DNA of 36,224 nt. Origin: an uncultured Bdellovibrionales bacterium. Lineage in GTDB: Bacteria > Patescibacteriota > Minisyncoccia > Moranbacterales > UBA11712. The notes beneath the pieces are model-generated. The model was not told the DNA's origin, did no database searches, and was given only the letters and a program-made list of their open reading frames with translations. Positions 14,848 to 23,094 of this stretch are shown in pieces. The stretch covers positions 6,130 to 42,353 of the forward strand of contig CAZFIH010000002.1 in NCBI GenBank assembly GCA_964519445.1, in the 5' to 3' direction. Every line of letters begins with the position of its first letter. The first letter of the stretch is position 1. The position numbers and the translations under genes were made by a program.

Positions 14848-16242
14848 TCAGCGATTTTCTAATGAATAAATCTTACTTTTAATGTTGTTTATCTCCTGCT
14901 CTAAATTATCATCAGCCTCTAATTTTTTGCTTATTTTTTCATAGGCATGCATAGCCGTCGAGTGATCCCGCCCCCCCAACTGAGCGCCTATTCCCGGAAA
15001 AGATGCTTGAAGCTCTTCTCTCATTAGAAACATGGCTATTTGCCGGGGCTGCACGATGTCTTTCCGTCGGGATCGATTAACCAGATCTTGGGTATTTATG
15101 TCGTAGAATTCAGAAACAGCTTGCAGTATTTGCTTAAACCCAACTCCCTTTTTTCGGCCGGAGTGTATAATATCAGAAAGAATTTTTTTGACGTTGCCAA
15201 GAGACGGCTCCATTTGCTTGAGTTCGCAGGTTACCATAATCCTGTTGAGAGCGCCTTCCAGTTCCCTGATGTTGTTTTGAATGTTAGAGGCGACATAAGC
15301 AAGGCATTCATCGTCGATTTCGAAATCCTGGTGGGCGGCTTTGTGTTCCAAAATTGCGATTCTGGTTTCTAGATCGGGGCGAGATACGTCAGCAATCATG
15401 CCTCCTTCAAACCTGGAACGAAGTCTCTCTTCGAGCGTGGAGATGGCCTTGGGCGGCCGGTCGCTGGATAGGATTATTTGTGTATTTTGCTGATAAAGGG
15501 TATTGAAAATATGGAAAAATTCCTCCTGAGTTTTTTCCCTTCCGGCGATAAACTGAATGTCATCAACAATAAAGAGGTTGGTATGGAGATAGGATTGCTT
15601 GAATTCTCTGCCTTGCTGGTTTTTTATCATATCAATGAAGCGGTTGGCGAAGAATTCAGCTGTGGAATATATAATTTTCGCTTTTTCGTTTTTGGCTAAT
15701 ATGGAATTGGCGACCGATTGGAGGAGGTGGGTTTTCCCCAGGCCGACCCCTCCGTAAATAAAGAGCGGGTTGTATACAGCTCCCGGGTTCTTTGAGATGG
15801 CCAGGCAGGCTGCGTGGCCCAATTCATTGTTTGATCCCACGATGAAATTTTCAAAAGTATAGCGCGGATTGAGGCCCAGATGACCCCCGGAGGCGTTTTG
15901 GTGATTGTTTTCGGCGGCATTTAGGCTCAACGAAGCGCCATCTTCCCAGGAGACACCTTCAGTGCTTTTTTTCCTCGAGTTGTTTTGCTTGAGAGCGCTT
16001 GTAGAAACTACGCATCGGATGGAATGAATGCCCTCTCTGTAGTTTCTAATCGCCTGGAGAATATATTGATTGTATTTGTTTTCCAGCCACTCTTTGGCGA
16101 ATCCATTAGGAACACTGACAACAACCCGGTTGTCTTCAAAATTAATAAGAGCTGTGTCTCGAAACCAAGTTACGAAACTAGCTGGTGAAATGGCCAGCTC
16201 CACTTCTCCAAGTACAGCTTGCCAAATTTCCTCGTTAGTCAT
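14848..16242 (-). CDS. dnaA: chromosomal replication initiator protein DnaA
   Basis: Walker A is GGVGLGKTHLLQ and Walker B is LFIVDDIQF. The C-terminal DNA-binding signature GGRDHSTAMHAYEKI is present. Length is 464 aa. Confidence 0.97.
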   Translation of the reverse strand: MTNEEIWQAVLGEVELAISPASFVTWFRDTALINFEDNRVVVSVPNGFAKEWLENKYNQYILQAIRNYREGIHSIRCVVSTSALKQNNSRKKSTEGVSWEDGASLSLNAAENNHQNASGGHLGLNPRYTFENFIVGSNNELGHAACLAISKNPGAVYNPLFIYGGVGLGKTHLLQSVANSILAKNEKAKIIYSTAEFFANRFIDMIKNQQGREFKQSYLHTNLFIVDDIQFIAGREKTQEEFFHIFNTLYQQNTQIILSSDRPPKAISTLEERLRSRFEGGMIADVSRPDLETRIAILEHKAAHQDFEIDDECLAYVASNIQNNIRELEGALNRIMVTCELKQMEPSLGNVKKILSDIIHSGRKKGVGFKQILQAVSEFYDINTQDLVNRSRRKDIVQPRQIAMFLMREELQASFPGIGAQLGGRDHSTAMHAYEKISKKLEADDNLEQEINNIKSKIYSLENR

Positions 16243-16448
16243 CTTTAGAAAAGAAATTAGATTTTCTAATTATATCACAAGGAATTCTCAGGCAACTCGC
16301 GGATTGTTGATAAAGCTGTTTATAAACTGTTGATATATATTAACGAATGGGCGCTGAAAAATCAAATAGGCAATGATTGACCAAAGCCTCCAATGCTGAT
16401 AATATGTAGGGAGCTGTCCGTCCATTATTTGGATAAATTTGCGATATC
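16243..16448. promoter_or_regulatory. divergent dnaA / rpmH control region with DnaA-box-like sites (possible second oriC half)
   Basis: TGTTGATAA at 16305-16313, TGTTGATAT at 16328-16336, TTTGGATAA at 16428-16436. A minus-strand extended -10, TGaTATAAT (16269-16277), faces dnaA. A plus-strand TTGACC (16377-16382), 17-nt spacer and TAATAT (16400-16405) face rpmH. Confidence 0.5.
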
Positions 16449-16583
16449 ATGAAAAGAACCTATCAGCCCAAAAAAAGAAAACGAAAGAAGAAACATGGTT
16501 TTTTGTCGAGGTCGAAAACCAAGAAAGGGAAGGCGGTTATCAGAAGAAGAAGGCGGGAAAAAAGAACAAAACTAAGCGTCTAA
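16449..16583 (+). CDS. rpmH: 50S ribosomal protein L34
   Basis: I translated this by hand: [44 protein letters not shown], with stop TAA at 16581-16583. At 44 aa it is below the ORF-track cutoff. It lies in the canonical position upstream of rnpA. Confidence 0.93.
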   Translation: MKRTYQPKKRKRKKKHGFLSRSKTKKGKAVIRRRRREKRTKLSV

Positions 16584-16585
16584 GT

Positions 16586-16942
16586 ATGTTGCCGGCAAAA
16601 TACCGTTTGAGCAAAAAAAGAAAAATCTCCCCGGCTTTAACAAAAAAAAAGACCGTTTTCGGCAGAATTTTATTCCTAAAGTGCGAAAAGATAAGCGAAG
16701 GGAAAGTTGAAGTGGGAATTTCAGCGGGAACGAAGTTTTCCCGCAAATCAACGGAGCGCAATCTAATAAAAAGACGGGTTCGAGAAGCTGTAAAGAGCTT
16801 AATAGAAAGAGTTAAGCCAGGATATCGAATTATATTTATTGCTAAAGCTAATCCGGAATTTTCAAGCAATAGGCAGATATGTTTTTTCGTTGTTCGTCAA
16901 GAGGTGGAAAGTCTGCTCAAGAAAGCCGGGCTAATTGAATGA
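16586..16942 (+). CDS. rnpA: ribonuclease P protein component
   Basis: MLPAKYRLSKKRKI... and the RNLIKRRVREA (RNR) motif. Starts at the ATG at 16586, 2 nt after the rpmH stop. The stop overlaps the yidC start (ATGA). Confidence 0.85.
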   Translation: MLPAKYRLSKKRKISPALTKKKTVFGRILFLKCEKISEGKVEVGISAGTKFSRKSTERNLIKRRVREAVKSLIERVKPGYRIIFIAKANPEFSSNRQICFFVVRQEVESLLKKAGLIE

Positions 16943-17658
16943 TTCAAATTTTCAATTCTTTTATATATCAGCCGATATATAATGCTCTCATATTTCTGTA
17001 TGACGTGATTCCGGGCCAGGACTTGGGTGTGGCCATCATCGCGCTAACGATCTTGATCAGGCTTCTCCTGTATCCAGTAGCCCAGAAGCAGATCGAGTCG
17101 CAAAAAAAACTGCAAGAATTGCAGCCCGAAATAAAGAAAATTCAGGAGAAATACAAGGGCAACCGGGAAAAACAGGGACGGGTCCTGATGGATTTCTATA
17201 AAGAAAAAAAGGTTAATCCTGCTTCGGGGTGTTTTCCTTTGGTAATCCAGATAGTATTCTTTATCGCCCTCTATAGGGCTTTTATTGCGGGATTGAATTT
17301 TTCCACGGGTTGCCAGGATTTGTATTCTTTTGTTGCTTGTCCGGAAAATATCGACGTTATGTTTTTCGGGATACTCGATCTTGCCAAGCCAAACGTGGTT
17401 CTGGCCGTTTTGGCAGCGGCTGGCCAGTACGTGCAGACGAAAATGCTGATGACAAAAAACCCGATCCCTGCCGGAAAGGATGATTTCTCATCCATTATGA
17501 ACAAGCAGATGCTCTATCTCGGCCCCCTCCTGACTCTCTTTATTGGCCTAAGGTTCCCGGCTGGATTGGCTCTTTATTGGGTTATAAATACGCTCTTTGC
17601 CGTCGGTCAGCAGTATCTAGTAATTAGGAAATCCAGGATAGAAGGCAGTGAGACATAA
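16939..17658 (+). CDS. yidC: membrane protein insertase YidC (short, Oxa1-like form)
   Basis: The pattern LTILIRLLLYPVAQKQIESQKKLQELQPEIKKIQEKYKGNREKQ...FYKEKKVNPASGCFPLVIQ is typical. Length is 239 aa. Confidence 0.9.
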   Translation: MIQIFNSFIYQPIYNALIFLYDVIPGQDLGVAIIALTILIRLLLYPVAQKQIESQKKLQELQPEIKKIQEKYKGNREKQGRVLMDFYKEKKVNPASGCFPLVIQIVFFIALYRAFIAGLNFSTGCQDLYSFVACPENIDVMFFGILDLAKPNVVLAVLAAAGQYVQTKMLMTKNPIPAGKDDFSSIMNKQMLYLGPLLTLFIGLRFPAGLALYWVINTLFAVGQQYLVIRKSRIEGSET

Positions 17659-17680
17659 GGAAAACTAAGAGAACAACATT

Positions 17681-18166
17681 ATGAATCCAGAGAACATAGA
17701 AACCATAAAAAACTTGATCAAAGAAGCCCTTGAAAAAATGGGTTTTTGCGACTTTTCAGTCAGCGTCAGGGAAGAAAACGGACCGAGCGGAGAAGATATA
17801 GTTTTTAATATCGGGACGAAAGAATCGGATCTTCTTATCGGGCAGCACGGTGTTAATCTGCGGTCTCTTCAGTTTGTTTTGCGCTCCATGGCTCGACGGA
17901 AGGTGGAAGAGAGACTCAGATTTTCCATTGACATCAATGATTATAACCGCCAGAAAGCCAATTCAATCGCAGAGCTGGCTCGCAGTATGGCCCGGCGGGC
18001 CATTGCTGATGGAAGGTCGGTGATTCTTCGCCCGATGAGCGCGTACGAAAGAAGACTTGTCCACATGGAACTTGCCGCGGAAGAAGGAGTAAAGACAGAG
18101 AGTGTTGGTGAAGGAGAGGAGAGAAAGGTTGTTATTAAGCCGGTGGGAAACATAGAGAGCGAATAA
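17681..18166 (+). CDS. jag: Jag/KhpB-like RNA-binding protein (Jag_N, KH, R3H)
   Basis: R3H motif RPMSAYERRLVHMELA. The gene is in the conserved position after yidC. Length is 161 aa. Confidence 0.85.
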   Translation: MNPENIETIKNLIKEALEKMGFCDFSVSVREENGPSGEDIVFNIGTKESDLLIGQHGVNLRSLQFVLRSMARRKVEERLRFSIDINDYNRQKANSIAELARSMARRAIADGRSVILRPMSAYERRLVHMELAAEEGVKTESVGEGEERKVVIKPVGNIESE

Positions 18167-18181
18167 TTCAAAAATCAAAAT
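18165..18181. repeat. 17-mer AATTCAAAAATCAAAAT, identical to 33123-33139
   Basis: Exact 17-nt match read directly. Both copies begin within 25 nt of the end of a coding region. Confidence 0.7.
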
Positions 18182-18300
18182 ATTGGAGCTCGCTCGTCTC
18201 GCTGGCGAAGCGGGCTTGCCTTGTGAACTTATTTTATGCAATGATTTTCGCGGGGCGACACCTTAATTTCGCGTTTTGATATTTGCATTTTGCATTTTCT

Positions 18301-19749
18301 ATGTCTCTTCCAAGCCGCATTGCCTATAATGTTATTTTCACTTCTTCCGCTAAAGTGCTCGGAACGGTTTTAGCTTTGGTTAGTATCGGCTTCATTACTC
18401 GTTATTTAGGGAAAGAAGGTTTCGGCGAATACTCGATCGTTCTGGCTTTCTTTGCCTTTTTTTCGGCCGTGGCGGATTTGGGGCTATATGCCATTTCAAC
18501 CCGAGAAATTTCCCGTCCTGCCAGCGATGAAAGAAAAATTCTCGGCAACGTTTTTGCCTTGCGGATTGCGGCCTCGATTTTGGTTTTTGTCCTGTCGCCT
18601 CTGGTAATCCTTCTTTTCCCCTATTCCGACCGGGTGAAAGAAGGAGTAGTTCTTGCCGCACTGGCTTATGTTTTTGCTTCCAGTTACTCGGTTTTGATAG
18701 GCCTTTTTCAAAAGAGGCTTGCTATGGATAAAGTAGCCGTCGGTGAATTTATAGGGAAGGTAGTTCAGCTTGGAACAATAGTCATTGTCATTAGGTTGAA
18801 TTTGGGCTTTTTAGCCGTTGTTTCCTCTCTTCTCTTCAATATGCTGGTAAGCTTTGTGATTATCTACTTGTGGTCTAGAAAATTCATAATTTTTTCACCG
18901 CGTATTGACTGGGGCGCCTGGAAAAGATTCATCAAGGAATCCTATCCCGTGGGGGTTTCGGCCGTCATAACTTTCGCCTACTTCAAGCTGGACACAATCC
19001 TTCTTTCTATCCTCAAGACAAGCGCCGATGTGGGCATTTATAACGCGGCCTATAAGGTTGTGGAAAATATTGCCTTTTTCCCGGCCATGATTATTGGATT
19101 GGTTCTTCCGCTCATGTCCCGGTATATTTTTGACAATCGGGAAAAATTTGCCAAGGTGGCCAACAAGACTTTCAAGGTGTTTCTGATATTGTCGGTTCCG
19201 CTTATCGTGGGGACTTTTTTTCTGGCCCGGAGCGTAATCGGAATTATTGGAGGAGCCGAATTTGAAGAGTCGGTTCAAGTGCTTCAGATCCTGGCTTTTG
19301 CCATGGCTTTTATTTTTTTCGGCAATTTTTTTATGCATGTGATTATCGCCGGAAACCAGCAAAAAAAACTGATTGTCATTCTTCTGTTTTGCGCCGTATT
19401 CAATATCGGACTGAATATTTTGCTCATCCCATCATACTCTTATGTCGGGGCAGCCGTAACCTCAAGCCTGACCGAATTGTTGGTAGTGGTTCTATCAGGA
19501 CTGGCTTGCTGGAAACTGGTGAAATACGTTCCTTCGTTCGACAAATCCCTTCCCATCCTTTTTTCCGGAGCTGTGATGGGAATCTTTTTATTTGTTTTTT
19601 CGAATACGCATTTTCTGTTTAGGGCCATCATGGGAGCGTTTATATATTTTCTTTTTCTCTGGATATTCAAGGCTATCAGCGCCGAAGAGATAACAAGCCT
19701 TATAAGCAAGAAAGAGGAAAACCTGCCCAAGTATGATCCACGGATCTGA
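18301..19749 (+). CDS. polysaccharide/oligosaccharide flippase (Wzx/MOP superfamily)
   Basis: About 14 predicted TM helices. The N-terminus NVIFTSSAKVLGTVLALVSIGFITRYLGKEGFGEYSIV is typical of 'polysaccharide biosynthesis protein'. I prefer the ATG at 18301 over the TTG at 18283. Confidence 0.8.
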   Translation: MSLPSRIAYNVIFTSSAKVLGTVLALVSIGFITRYLGKEGFGEYSIVLAFFAFFSAVADLGLYAISTREISRPASDERKILGNVFALRIAASILVFVLSPLVILLFPYSDRVKEGVVLAALAYVFASSYSVLIGLFQKRLAMDKVAVGEFIGKVVQLGTIVIVIRLNLGFLAVVSSLLFNMLVSFVIIYLWSRKFIIFSPRIDWGAWKRFIKESYPVGVSAVITFAYFKLDTILLSILKTSADVGIYNAAYKVVENIAFFPAMIIGLVLPLMSRYIFDNREKFAKVANKTFKVFLILSVPLIVGTFFLARSVIGIIGGAEFEESVQVLQILAFAMAFIFFGNFFMHVIIAGNQQKKLIVILLFCAVFNIGLNILLIPSYSYVGAAVTSSLTELLVVVLSGLACWKLVKYVPSFDKSLPILFSGAVMGIFLFVFSNTHFLFRAIMGAFIYFLFLWIFKAISAEEITSLISKKEENLPKYDPRI

Positions 19750-19777
19750 ATAATATTTTTGCAAATAAGAATAAAAA

Positions 19778-20581
19778 ATGCTTCTTACTGTGCAGATCGT
19801 AAACTACAAAAGCTTCAAGCATCTGAAAGGATGCCTGGGCTCCCTAAAGAGAAGCGGTCAAGAGGCCGGGAGCCTTGAGGCTATCATAATAAACAACGAC
19901 GACCAAGCATTGGATTCCGAACTGGACTTATCAAAGCTTCCTTTTTCGGCGAAAACAGTCGAAGTCGGAAAAAATGTCGGGTTCGGGAGAGCTCATAACT
20001 TGGGAGCGAAAAAAGCTCTTGGAGAATTTCTCCTCTTTTTGAATCCCGATGCGGAAATATCTCCCGGAGGATTGCAAAAACTGGTCAATGTTCTTCAGTC
20101 GAGCGAAAAGATCGGAGCAGCCGGGCCTCTCCTTGTGGGTACAAGCGGGAATGTCGAAGAAGAGCACTGCGGAGCGCGAAAAACCCCTCTTTCAATGATT
20201 TGCGGCAAGGTGCAATGCCGGAAAAAGCAAGAAATTCGATTGGATTCGGTTGCGGAAGTTGATTGGATAAGCGGAGGAGCCATGCTTATAAAAAAAGAAA
20301 TATTTGATAAAGCGGGAGGATTTGACGAGAATTATTTTATGTATTTTGAAGACGTTGATTTGTGTAATCGCGTCAAAAAGCTGGGCTACCGGGTCATGGT
20401 GAATTCCCGGGTGAAATTTCTTCATCGGAGCGGAAAGAGTTTCGCGGACAGCAGGAGCAAAAAAACGTACTATTATGCTTCCCAGGATTACTATATTCGA
20501 AAAAATTTTGGGATTCTTTCGGCACTGGCCGTTAAAGTGCTAAGATTTCCCATATATCTAAAGAACGTTTATTTTGAGTAG
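19778..20581 (+). CDS. glycosyltransferase family 2
   Basis: VQIVNYKS, IIINNDD, FLNPDAEI and YFMYFEDVDLCNRVKKLGY form the GT-A core with the ED...DL motif. Confidence 0.88.
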   Translation: MLLTVQIVNYKSFKHLKGCLGSLKRSGQEAGSLEAIIINNDDQALDSELDLSKLPFSAKTVEVGKNVGFGRAHNLGAKKALGEFLLFLNPDAEISPGGLQKLVNVLQSSEKIGAAGPLLVGTSGNVEEEHCGARKTPLSMICGKVQCRKKQEIRLDSVAEVDWISGGAMLIKKEIFDKAGGFDENYFMYFEDVDLCNRVKKLGYRVMVNSRVKFLHRSGKSFADSRSKKTYYYASQDYYIRKNFGILSALAVKVLRFPIYLKNVYFE

Positions 20582-20600
20582 ATCCTCGTGGATATATTCC

Positions 20601-21884
20601 ATGATTCGATTTCTTTTTCTTGCGACAATTCTCCTTCTTCCCTTCCAGTTCGCGCTTAATATCGGCGAGGATATTGACCTTGTCACGACCCGGGTCTTAG
20701 TGCCGCTGTTATTTTTTCTATGGCTTGTCCGCGGTTTAGCTAGAAGAAAAATTTTCGTTTTCAACGGGGCGGAAACCTGGCTGATTATCTCGCTTATATT
20801 TTTAACCGCGGTTTCTTTATGGGCGGGCATGGATTGGGAAAAGGGCGCAAGGAAGTTCTTGTATCTTTTGACGCTAATTCCTCTTTACTTCTTGGCAAGA
20901 GATTTGTTCCGGGATGGAAAATTTCAACTGTCAGCGATCCGAGCGGTTTGGATAAGCGGCACTTTAGCCGCGGCAGCCGCGATTGTTCAATTTTTTCTGC
21001 CTTTTTTTATTGGGCTGGAAAAAACTCTGCAAATATGGAGGAACACAGCTCCTTTTTTCCTGGGAAAATCTTTCGGACGGCTCGTCTCATCCAACCCCAG
21101 CTGGCTGGTGAACGTTTCGGGCGAAACTTGGATGCGGGCTTTTGGTTTTTTCCCGGATCCTCATGTATTTTCTTTTTTCGCGAGCCTGTGTTTTTTTTCC
21201 GGATTGGGATATTTCGTTTGGGAAAGGAAGATGAAATGGAAAATTGCGGCAGCAATAGGCCTTATGTTGATGCTTTTTTCGCTAGGGCTGACCTTTTCCC
21301 GGGGTGCTTATCTGGGTATTTTGATGGGAATATTATTTTTTTTGCTGATACTTCTTTTTAGGGCGGGAAAATCTGGTAGATTGGCCTTAATTGTTACTAT
21401 AGGATTATTGACGGCGACGATATTTATCTTCCAGCCCATACAGAAGCGAATGGCATCAGTCTTCAGTCTTCGGGAAGGCTCAAATATTGAGCGGATTGAA
21501 AATTGGCGACAGGCGGCTGGCATTGTAGCGGATTATCCTCTTGCCGGGATTGGTTTGGGGAATTATTCCTCTTTTATTGATCCCGAAGCCGAGGAACGGT
21601 CATCGATCTATGCTCACAATATTTTTCTCGATCTCTCGGCAGAAACGGGAATTCTAGGCGGAATACTTTTTTTACTCCTCATTGGCGCAGGGATTTGGAG
21701 AAATATTCTCTCGAGAAATGTCTTGGGTCTAGGATTGGCGTCTGCTTTGGTATATTTTTTGGTACATGGAGTTTTCGATACGCCCATCTGGTCCCCCCAG
21801 GTTTTTGTTGTATTTCTTACAATTCTTGCCTTGGGGGCCGGCAAGAATAGTTTCCAATATGAGGCCAATGCTAAGCAAAATTAG
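20601..21884 (+). CDS. O-antigen ligase / Wzy_C-family membrane protein (copy 1)
   Basis: Multi-TM protein. LTFSRGAYLGILMG and the periplasmic loop GIGLGNY...YAHNIFLDLSAETGILG are Wzy_C-like. Alternative TTG start at 20574. Confidence 0.8.
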   Translation: MIRFLFLATILLLPFQFALNIGEDIDLVTTRVLVPLLFFLWLVRGLARRKIFVFNGAETWLIISLIFLTAVSLWAGMDWEKGARKFLYLLTLIPLYFLARDLFRDGKFQLSAIRAVWISGTLAAAAAIVQFFLPFFIGLEKTLQIWRNTAPFFLGKSFGRLVSSNPSWLVNVSGETWMRAFGFFPDPHVFSFFASLCFFSGLGYFVWERKMKWKIAAAIGLMLMLFSLGLTFSRGAYLGILMGILFFLLILLFRAGKSGRLALIVTIGLLTATIFIFQPIQKRMASVFSLREGSNIERIENWRQAAGIVADYPLAGIGLGNYSSFIDPEAEERSSIYAHNIFLDLSAETGILGGILFLLLIGAGIWRNILSRNVLGLGLASALVYFLVHGVFDTPIWSPQVFVVFLTILALGAGKNSFQYEANAKQN

Positions 21885-23094
21885 ACTTCAAAACCTTCAG
21901 GAATTTATCATCTCGGCGATTTTATTCTGTCTCCCTTTTTATTTCATTAGGTTAAAGCACGATTGGATATCGTTTAGTATAGTTGAGATATTGATTATTT
22001 CCCTTTTTATCCTTTGGATTTTGAGCAAAGAAGAAAAATATTTAGTAGTCAATAATAAATATTCAATTCCCGTTGCCTTGATTATAACCGGACTGCTGCT
22101 CTCGACGGCGGTAAATAAGAATTATTACACCGGGCTTGGGGTTATCAAGGGCTGGTTTCTATTCCCTGTCTTGCTTGCGATCATATATCGTGAGCGCCTT
22201 AAAAAAAACGAAGAATTTCTAGGCTGGTCATTGAAAGCTTTTTTTTGGGGAGGAGCCTTTCTTTCGGTATTGGGGATTTTTTATCGGGCGTTTGATTCTT
22301 TAACTTACGACGGCCGACTGCGGATTTTCTACGATTCTCCCAACCAGCTGGCGATGTACCTGGCTCCGGTATTTCTGGTTGGTATTTTTCTATTCTATAA
22401 GGAAGCATGCAAGAAACATAAGCTGGTTTATGCGCTTGGCCTTGTGTTGATTTCGATTAATCTTTATTTCACTTTTTCTTTTGGGGCTTGGGTAGCTTTG
22501 GTCTTAGCTCTGGGCGCGTCTTTTTGGTTTTCGCGGAACGTGATTTGGAAGGAAGGACGAAAATTTATAGCAATCATGGCTGTTCTTTTGGTTGTTATTT
22601 CCATTTTCTGGGCTGGATTTTATAAATTAGGAGACATAGGGCCCGAAGGAGAAAGATCCTCGCTGGCTTCACGGGCAATGATCTGGAAATCGGCTGGCTT
22701 GATGGTGAAGAACAGTCCCTTTTTCGGGATAGGGCCGGGAAACTTTCAGGAAAAATATCTCGAGCACCAAAAATATTTTCCTCCTTATCTTGAGTGGGCG
22801 GTTCCCCAGCCGCACAATCTTTTTTTGGCTTTTTGGCTTGAGGCGGGAATTTTAGGCTTAGTTGGTTTCGCATGGTTATTAATTTTGTTTTTTAGGGATA
22901 ATAAAAAAACCCGTGACAATTTTCCTAAAACGGGCTTATTATGTTTGGCGGTAATGTTATACTTTCTCATTCACGGCCTTGTTGACACGACCTACTGGAG
23001 AAATGACATGGCTGTGATATTCTGGGCAGTGATCGCCGCCAATCTATTTTTGGCTGAAAAAATGGTTTCAGAAAAAAACGGAGACAGCCGATAA
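21859..23094 (+). CDS. O-antigen ligase / Wzy_C-family membrane protein (copy 2)
   Basis: Multi-TM protein. GIGPGNFQEKY...QPHNLFLAFWLEAGILG parallels copy 1. The start is ambiguous (21859 or 21868) and overlaps the end of copy 1. Confidence 0.75.
   Translation: MRPMLSKIRLQNLQEFIISAILFCLPFYFIRLKHDWISFSIVEILIISLFILWILSKEEKYLVVNNKYSIPVALIITGLLLSTAVNKNYYTGLGVIKGWFLFPVLLAIIYRERLKKNEEFLGWSLKAFFWGGAFLSVLGIFYRAFDSLTYDGRLRIFYDSPNQLAMYLAPVFLVGIFLFYKEACKKHKLVYALGLVLISINLYFTFSFGAWVALVLALGASFWFSRNVIWKEGRKFIAIMAVLLVVISIFWAGFYKLGDIGPEGERSSLASRAMIWKSAGLMVKNSPFFGIGPGNFQEKYLEHQKYFPPYLEWAVPQPHNLFLAFWLEAGILGLVGFAWLLILFFRDNKKTRDNFPKTGLLCLAVMLYFLIHGLVDTTYWRNDMAVIFWAVIAANLFLAEKMVSEKNGDSR

Noticed and set aside
16439-16585. 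5' part of the 167-aa ORF fused to rnpA
   Set aside because: This stretch is an out-of-frame read-through of the rpmH region. The real rpmH (16449-16583) is in another frame and gives a textbook L34 sequence. rnpA starts at the internal ATG at 16586.
20819-21361. 180-aa alternative-frame + strand ORF
   Set aside because: It lies within Wzy_C copy 1 in a different frame. The annotated frame gives continuous TM helices and family motifs, so there is no evidence for a frameshift.
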